Shown: positions 58,871-64,000 of the stretch, piece after piece
How positions within the stretch are numbered: the stretch's first letter is position 1
How the letters are laid out: the number at the start of each line of letters is the position of its first letter
Source: an uncultured Candidatus Binatia bacterium
Lineage (GTDB): Bacteria > Desulfobacterota > Binatia > Bin18
Assembly (NCBI GenBank): GCA_965200965.1
Contig: OZ241744.1
Span: forward strand, 3,040,001 to 3,104,000
Direction of reading: 5' to 3'
DNA length: 64,000 bases
Notes under the pieces: generated by a model
What the model was told of the DNA's origin: nothing
Databases searched by the model: none
Seen by the model: the letters and a program-made list of their open reading frames with translations, nothing else
Translations under genes and position numbers: made by a program

Positions 58871-60079
58871 CTAGGCGTCGGCAAAGGCCGGCGCGACCTT
58901 GGTGGCGAACATCTCAATGTCTTCTATCAGCTGCGCCTGCGGCTCTAAGCCGTTATAGGCCACCAGGGAAAAATACTCGAACGGAATCTCGCTATAGATC
59001 TCGTCGATCTGGCGTTTCACCTCGTCCACCGTGCCGGCCACAATCAGGCCGGTGTTCATCACCCGCTCAAACAGTGAGCCGTGCCCTTCGGCCAGCAGCC
59101 CAGGGAAAAAATGGCCGGCAAACTGCGAAAAGAACGGCACTATCGTGTGGTCCACCTTCTCATACGCCTCTTGGCGCGTTTTGCCGACAAACAGGAAGCG
59201 CAGCAAGCCCTGACCCTGGCCCGGGCTGAGGGTTCTGCCGACCTGGGCCGCCCCCTCACGATAGGCCAGGTCTTGGGCACGCGCACCCTGGACAGGCGCG
59301 AAGTAACAGCAGGTAAATCCTTCTTGTCCCGACCAGCGGGCCGACTCGGCGCTGCCCGACGAGCTGATGAACACCGGCGGGTGGGGCTGTTGATAGGAGG
59401 CCGGGACGACACTGATCTGACGCACGCGGTTGTGTTCGTCGATCTCGCCCGGGGCACCGTACTCCCGAGCGCAGGGGTAGGCCGGATAGTTCTCAATGCC
59501 GGTATGGGGGTAAGGAACCTTGAAATATGCGCCGTCGTGGGCAAAGCTCTGCTGCGTCCAGGCTTTCTTCACAATCGTGACCATTTCACGAAAAATGCGC
59601 TGGTTGTTCTCGTCGGCCTCGGCCTGATCGGGCGACTCGCGGTGCGACAGGGTGGGCAGCGATTGGTAGGCCTGGCCCAGGGTCCGCACCCAACGTGCCT
59701 GGTAGCCGCGGGCAAACCCGACAAAAAAGCGGCCTTTCAGAATATGGTCCAACAGGGCGGTTTCTTCGGCTACCCGCAGCGGGTCATGCGTACCCATAAC
59801 ATAGCCGAGTTGGCCCATCCGCATACGCGTGGCATACGGCCCGAGCCAGGCGTTCATGATGCCCGGGCAGGGCAACATCTCAAACCCCTCGGAATGAAAA
59901 TGGTGCTCAATAAAACTCATGCCCCAGTAGCCCAACTCATCAGCCGCCTTGACAATATCGACCATGCCGTCGATGATCTCGGCATACTTCTCAACGTTCC
60001 GTCCAACCGGTTTGAGTCGTTTGCGCTCGGCGTTCGAGCGGACCGGCATGGACGGGACCATCTGAATCATTGTTTTCAC
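58871..60079 (-). CDS. LLM-class flavin-dependent oxidoreductase
   Basis: EHHFHSEG, PLRVAEE...LDH..GR..VGFARGYQ, QQPHPP. Confidence 0.9.
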   Translation of the reverse strand: MKTMIQMVPSMPVRSNAERKRLKPVGRNVEKYAEIIDGMVDIVKAADELGYWGMSFIEHHFHSEGFEMLPCPGIMNAWLGPYATRMRMGQLGYVMGTHDPLRVAEETALLDHILKGRFFVGFARGYQARWVRTLGQAYQSLPTLSHRESPDQAEADENNQRIFREMVTIVKKAWTQQSFAHDGAYFKVPYPHTGIENYPAYPCAREYGAPGEIDEHNRVRQISVVPASYQQPHPPVFISSSGSAESARWSGQEGFTCCYFAPVQGARAQDLAYREGAAQVGRTLSPGQGQGLLRFLFVGKTRQEAYEKVDHTIVPFFSQFAGHFFPGLLAEGHGSLFERVMNTGLIVAGTVDEVKRQIDEIYSEIPFEYFSLVAYNGLEPQAQLIEDIEMFATKVAPAFADA

Positions 60080-60256
60080 CCGCGTCCTCCCTTTCCCTGC
60101 CCTTTAAACCTGCTCAGTCCCACAGCGTCAAGCCCGCCCCGTCTCGCTTGCAGCCGTGTCCGAGGTTTTGTATGGAGAATCATCCCATACCCTGACGGGC
60201 ATGGTTGACGGGTCCGGCGAGGCAGCGGTCGTAGCACCTGAGAAGGGGAGAGAAAA

Positions 60257-61174
60257 ATGTCACAGGGCGAAGTAGAGATTCACCTGGGAGACAACCTAGA
60301 GATTCTCAAAACATTTCCGGGTGAGTCTTTCGATCTGATCTATATTGACCCGCCGTTCAACACGGGGAAGCGACAGGGAAGAACAACATTGAAAACGGTC
60401 CGGGACCCGCACGGCGATCGTACCGGCTATCAGGGCCAGCGGTATCGCACGATTCAGCTGGGGACGGTATCGTACACTGACTCTTTTGGGCAGTATGAGG
60501 AGTTTCTGGAGCCGAGATTGCGAGAAGCCTATCGGGTACTCAAAAAGACGGGGGTGTTCTTCTTTCATATTGATTACCGGGAAGTGCATTATTGCAAGGT
60601 GCTGCTGGATCAAATTTTCGGCAGAGCATCCTTTATCAACGAAATCATATGGGCCTATGACTACGGCGCACGCTCAAAGCGGAGATGGTCCCCGAAGCAT
60701 GACAACATTCTCTGGTACGCCAAGACACCAAGCGCATACACCTACCGCTATGAAGCGATTGATCGCGTCCCATACATGGCCCCCGGCCTGGTCGGGAAGG
60801 AGAAAGCGGAGCGGGGAAAAACGCCAACCGATACCTGGTGGAACACCATTGTTCCGACGAACGGGAAGGAAAAAACGGGATATCCGACCCAAAAGCCTCT
60901 GACTATTCTGAATCGAATTATCCGAACGCATTCTCATCCGGGCGATCGGGTCCTGGATTTCTTTGCGGGGAGCGGAACGACAGGAGAAGCGGCGTTCACG
61001 AGCGGGCGGGATGTTGTCCTGGTCGATAACAATCCAGAGGCGATTCGGGTTATGGAACACCGCCTGGCGCGTGCGAAGCCGACTCTCTATGAAGAGGGAA
61101 AACCGATTTCAGAGCCTCGAGAGCGGCGAGACTTGTTTGACGTGCCGGAAAGGGCTCCAGAATGTCACGCATAA
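60257..61174 (+). CDS. Beta-class N6-A/N4-C DNA methyltransferase
   Basis: DPPF catalytic motif precedes YPTQKP and DFFAGSGTTG. Confidence 0.93.
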   Translation: MSQGEVEIHLGDNLEILKTFPGESFDLIYIDPPFNTGKRQGRTTLKTVRDPHGDRTGYQGQRYRTIQLGTVSYTDSFGQYEEFLEPRLREAYRVLKKTGVFFFHIDYREVHYCKVLLDQIFGRASFINEIIWAYDYGARSKRRWSPKHDNILWYAKTPSAYTYRYEAIDRVPYMAPGLVGKEKAERGKTPTDTWWNTIVPTNGKEKTGYPTQKPLTILNRIIRTHSHPGDRVLDFFAGSGTTGEAAFTSGRDVVLVDNNPEAIRVMEHRLARAKPTLYEEGKPISEPRERRDLFDVPERAPECHA

Positions 61175-61722
61175 CAGACGCAGAAGTCCGGATTCTCGCA
61201 CAAGAGGCGGATACATTGAGTCAAGAATACGCAGCGAAGAGGAGGGATTGGGAAGGGAGTCCTTTCGGATGGATACGGGAGGGGGTCTCTTCAAGACAAA
61301 AAGGAACGATCGGGGAAAAGATCGTGGAAAGGTATCTGGCTGGTAAAGGATTCGATGTCGCTCGAAGTCCAAACTCCGAAGCAGACCGTTTGATAAATGG
61401 GATCAGGGCAGAGATAAAAATGAGTACCTTATGGGAAAATGGAACTTATACGTTCCAACAGTTGCGGGATCAGAATTATCAGTTTGCGGTATGTCTCGGC
61501 ATTAGTCCGTTTGACGCGCACTGTTGGGTTCTACCGAAGCAAACAATCATGCGACAGAGGGAGCTTGGGGGGATCACGCCACAACATGGCGGGGCCGGGG
61601 GAACCGATACGGCATGGTTGAAGGTAGACCCCAAAAATGTAGCTGCCTGGCTGAATGATTGCGGGGGTACGCTAAGTCAGGCTGTGCAACGCATTGCCGA
61701 AATAGTGAAAACATCAACCTGA
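61162..61722 (+). CDS. Putative type II restriction endonuclease (PD-(D/E)XK)
   Basis: Overlaps the MTase; G..GE, AD....AEIK motif; lower GC. Confidence 0.65.
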   Translation: MSRITDAEVRILAQEADTLSQEYAAKRRDWEGSPFGWIREGVSSRQKGTIGEKIVERYLAGKGFDVARSPNSEADRLINGIRAEIKMSTLWENGTYTFQQLRDQNYQFAVCLGISPFDAHCWVLPKQTIMRQRELGGITPQHGGAGGTDTAWLKVDPKNVAAWLNDCGGTLSQAVQRIAEIVKTST

Positions 61723-61807
61723 GAAACGTCTCGTTATCGCTCCGGCAGACCTGGACACAGGGCTGGCTGAGTGACGCGGCCGCGCGCATGAAGGAAGGCT
61801 CGCCGGT

Positions 61808-62308
61808 CTACTCCATGCCCAGCGCGTCCAGCCCGGCCTGGGCGGCCTCGATATCTTCGGCCTCCGTCCCTCCGCTGGCACCGACCCCGCCCAGCAGCTT
61901 GCCATCAACCCTGATCGGCAAGCCACCGCCCGCCGGCAGCAAGGGCTCACCGATCAGCTTCTGCACACTCTTGAACAGATGCGGGCGACCCTTGGCAAAC
62001 TCTTCAACCGAGGCTGAGGAGCGGCCAAAGGTGGCCGCGGTCAAAGCTTTGCTATAGGCCACCTTGGGCGTCATCCAGCGTGTGCCATCCATACGCGCCA
62101 TAGCGACCGGACGACCAAAATTATCAACTACCGCAAAGCTCATGGCCCAGCCTTCCTGCTCAGCTTTGGCCTTGGCCGCGGCAATAATTGACTCCGCCAT
62201 CGCCAAGCTCACCAGAGACGGTGCGGCGGCCTCTTGGGCGCGGAGCGAAAGAGGGCTGAGAACGAGACCGACCATGATCCACAGTCCAGGGAGAGATATC
62301 TTTTTCAT
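61808..62308 (-). CDS. Secreted GlcG/HbpS family heme-binding protein
   Basis: Signal peptide; AVVD..G, RMDG, KALTA, GGLPI..DG..LGGVGASG...ED. Confidence 0.9.
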   Translation of the reverse strand: MKKISLPGLWIMVGLVLSPLSLRAQEAAAPSLVSLAMAESIIAAAKAKAEQEGWAMSFAVVDNFGRPVAMARMDGTRWMTPKVAYSKALTAATFGRSSASVEEFAKGRPHLFKSVQKLIGEPLLPAGGGLPIRVDGKLLGGVGASGGTEAEDIEAAQAGLDALGME

Positions 62309-62483
62309 GCCGTTTGCCTATCCTTTCTTCCGGCCAGCCGACGACCGCTGAGAAGCTCATACAGCATCAGCCCTTTCCTGTCCAGGCGGCGGGCGTCCGG
62401 CGTGCCAGGACACGCGAGAACAATGAATCGTCTTGTCTTCCTCTCGAAAGGTGCTAAGATGACCCCCTCTCCGAGGACATAGC

Positions 62484-63023
62484 GTGGCAGACGCCCATCA
62501 TCACGCTCACCATCACGGCCCGGGTTTCCGTTTCTGTCCCAAGTGTGGAGGCCGGCTGGAACGCAAAAAAGTCAAGGCCAATGAGCCCGAGCGGCGCGTG
62601 TGCGGCAGCTGTGGGTTTATCTTCTACGAAGACCCAAAAATCGCCGCCTGCGTCATCCCGGTTATTAACAACAAGATCGTCCTGCTCAAACGCGGCATCG
62701 AGCCCAGCTATGGCAAGTGGGTCTTTCCCGGCGGCTTTATGGACCAGGGCGAGCGGGTTGAGGACGCGGCCATTCGGGAAACCCGGGAAGAAGTGAATCT
62801 CAAAGTCAAAATTGACCGGCTGCTCAATATCTACTCGTATACCGGCTACCCGGTCGTGATCGTGGTCTATCTGGCCACTATCGTGGGTGGACAACTCAAA
62901 GCTATGGACGAAACGCTCGAGACGGCGACCTTTGCTCCAGACGAGATTCCGTGGGATAAGCTGGCCTTTGACAGTACCCGGGACGCGCTGCGTGAGTATG
63001 TAGCCTTACACACTGCGTCCTAA
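62484..63023 (+). CDS. NUDIX hydrolase with Zn ribbon
   Basis: FCPKCG...CGSCG; Nudix box GGFMDQGERVEDAAIRETREEV. Confidence 0.93.
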   Translation: MADAHHHAHHHGPGFRFCPKCGGRLERKKVKANEPERRVCGSCGFIFYEDPKIAACVIPVINNKIVLLKRGIEPSYGKWVFPGGFMDQGERVEDAAIRETREEVNLKVKIDRLLNIYSYTGYPVVIVVYLATIVGGQLKAMDETLETATFAPDEIPWDKLAFDSTRDALREYVALHTAS

Positions 63024-63046
63024 GGGCGGCATCGCTCACCCGCTCC

Positions 63047-63316
63047 TTACAGATAGTGAATAAAATTCTTCATCGCCGACAGCAGGGCTTCAAGGTCGGC
63101 GTAATCGTGCAGCTCGTCGTACAGGAAATCATACTGGCTGCGGACCTCGGCCTCGTCCTGCTCGGCCTCGTCCACCGCCACCGCGGCCTCAAATTCTTTG
63201 AGCATGGCCTGGGTCTGGAGTTTGGTCTCAACCGGAATCGTGTCGTCGGTTGCAATCAACAGGCGGGTCTGGTGGATCAGACGGCCAACGATATAGGCGT
63301 CGCTGTGTTCGGCCAT
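63047..63316 (-). CDS. Hypothetical acidic protein
   Basis: 89-aa ORF coupled downstream of the TPR gene. Confidence 0.6.
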   Translation of the reverse strand: MAEHSDAYIVGRLIHQTRLLIATDDTIPVETKLQTQAMLKEFEAAVAVDEAEQDEAEVRSQYDFLYDELHDYADLEALLSAMKNFIHYL

Positions 63317-63320
63317 ACAC

Positions 63321-63671
63321 CTACGCGCGCCCGCCCAGCTTTTTCTCTTGCAACTCCCGCTTCCAGTCCAGTACGCGGGCCTTGGCGGCCTCGGCCTCAG
63401 CCTCGGGAATCATGCCCTTCTGCTGGTAGAAGCGGGACAGGATGGTGAACCCCATCGCGTCATCCGGGGTCAGGGCGATCAGCTGTTTAGCCGTCTCAAT
63501 CGCCTCGTCAAGCATGTCGTTATCGGCGTAGGCGTGGGCCAGATCATGTACGGCATCAACATGGCTGGGATCGTGGTCGAGAATCGCTTTATAGGTTGCA
63601 ATCGCCCGGTCGGCTTCCCCGTCACACAGCAGCTCGTAGGCTTGATCGTACAGTTCTTCAATGGATGGCAT
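63321..63671 (-). CDS. TPR protein
   Basis: AIATYKAIL..DP....A...LA..Y...DEAIE...LI...PDD repeats; GGAGAGG RBS. Confidence 0.85.
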   Translation of the reverse strand: MPSIEELYDQAYELLCDGEADRAIATYKAILDHDPSHVDAVHDLAHAYADNDMLDEAIETAKQLIALTPDDAMGFTILSRFYQQKGMIPEAEAEAAKARVLDWKRELQEKKLGGRA

Positions 63672-63756
63672 GGCTGCCTCTCCTCACGGCCCAGAGTCTT
63701 GGGCTCCTGGTGTAGCCCATTTACACCCCATAGCCAAGCCCGCTACAGTCTGGCGT

Positions 63757-64000
63757 ATGGCTGCGGGTATCGAAGCGGAGGTGCTCAACTTTATTGCCGC
63801 CCCTGAGGGCAAGGACTTCAGTGCCCTGGCCCTGGCCGTTTTTGCCTACCAGTTCGAGCGCAACGATCCCTACCAACGCTTTTGCGCGGCCCGGGGGACC
63901 AGACCGGCTACGGTCAGCCGCTGGCAGGATATCCCGGCTGTGCCGACCGTGGCCTTCAAAGAGTTGGACCTCGCCTGTGGCCCGCCTCAGAAGATCTTTC
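63757..64000 (+). CDS. LuxE-like acyl-protein synthetase, 5' part
   Basis: F..LALAVFAYQ...N.PYQRFC...W.DIPAVP..AFK; runs off the window. Confidence 0.8.
   Translation, partial: MAAGIEAEVLNFIAAPEGKDFSALALAVFAYQFERNDPYQRFCAARGTRPATVSRWQDIPAVPTVAFKELDLACGPPQKIF

Noticed and set aside
1-64000. tRNA/rRNA genes, transposases, integrases, prophage structural genes
   Set aside because: None recognised by eye; tRNAscan-SE and Infernal were not run.

Overview
GC-rich bacterial chromosomal window. The gene repertoire suggests a Deltaproteobacteria-like/Binatia-type organism, possibly host-associated (inference only). Intact core blocks: metH; a thiolase-DUF35-MaoC lipid module; a large hopanoid cluster (vacJ/mlaA-hpnM-hpnN ... 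hpnK, convergent with hpnL-hpnJ-hpnI); an ethylmalonyl-CoA pathway cluster (meaB, ecm, epimerase, mcl, mcd); and assorted hydrolases and oxidoreductases. Lower-GC accessory islets carry HicAB, a putative type II R-M pair, a broken PLD nuclease, a decaying FHA/PP2C/Ser-Thr kinase/FGE cluster, and five copies of an unnamed ~135-aa two-Cys domain in three secreted-protein loci. Best candidate for a new system: a phosphonate (2-aminoethylphosphonate) synthesis/activation cassette plus a GT-C transferase and a membrane methyltransferase embedded in the hopanoid operon, suggesting phosphonate-decorated hopanoids. Second candidate: the mobile, possibly phase-variable surface-protein family with the repeated domain. 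No tRNA, rRNA, CRISPR array, integrase or transposase was recognised. All family calls come from motif recognition by eye; no searches were run.
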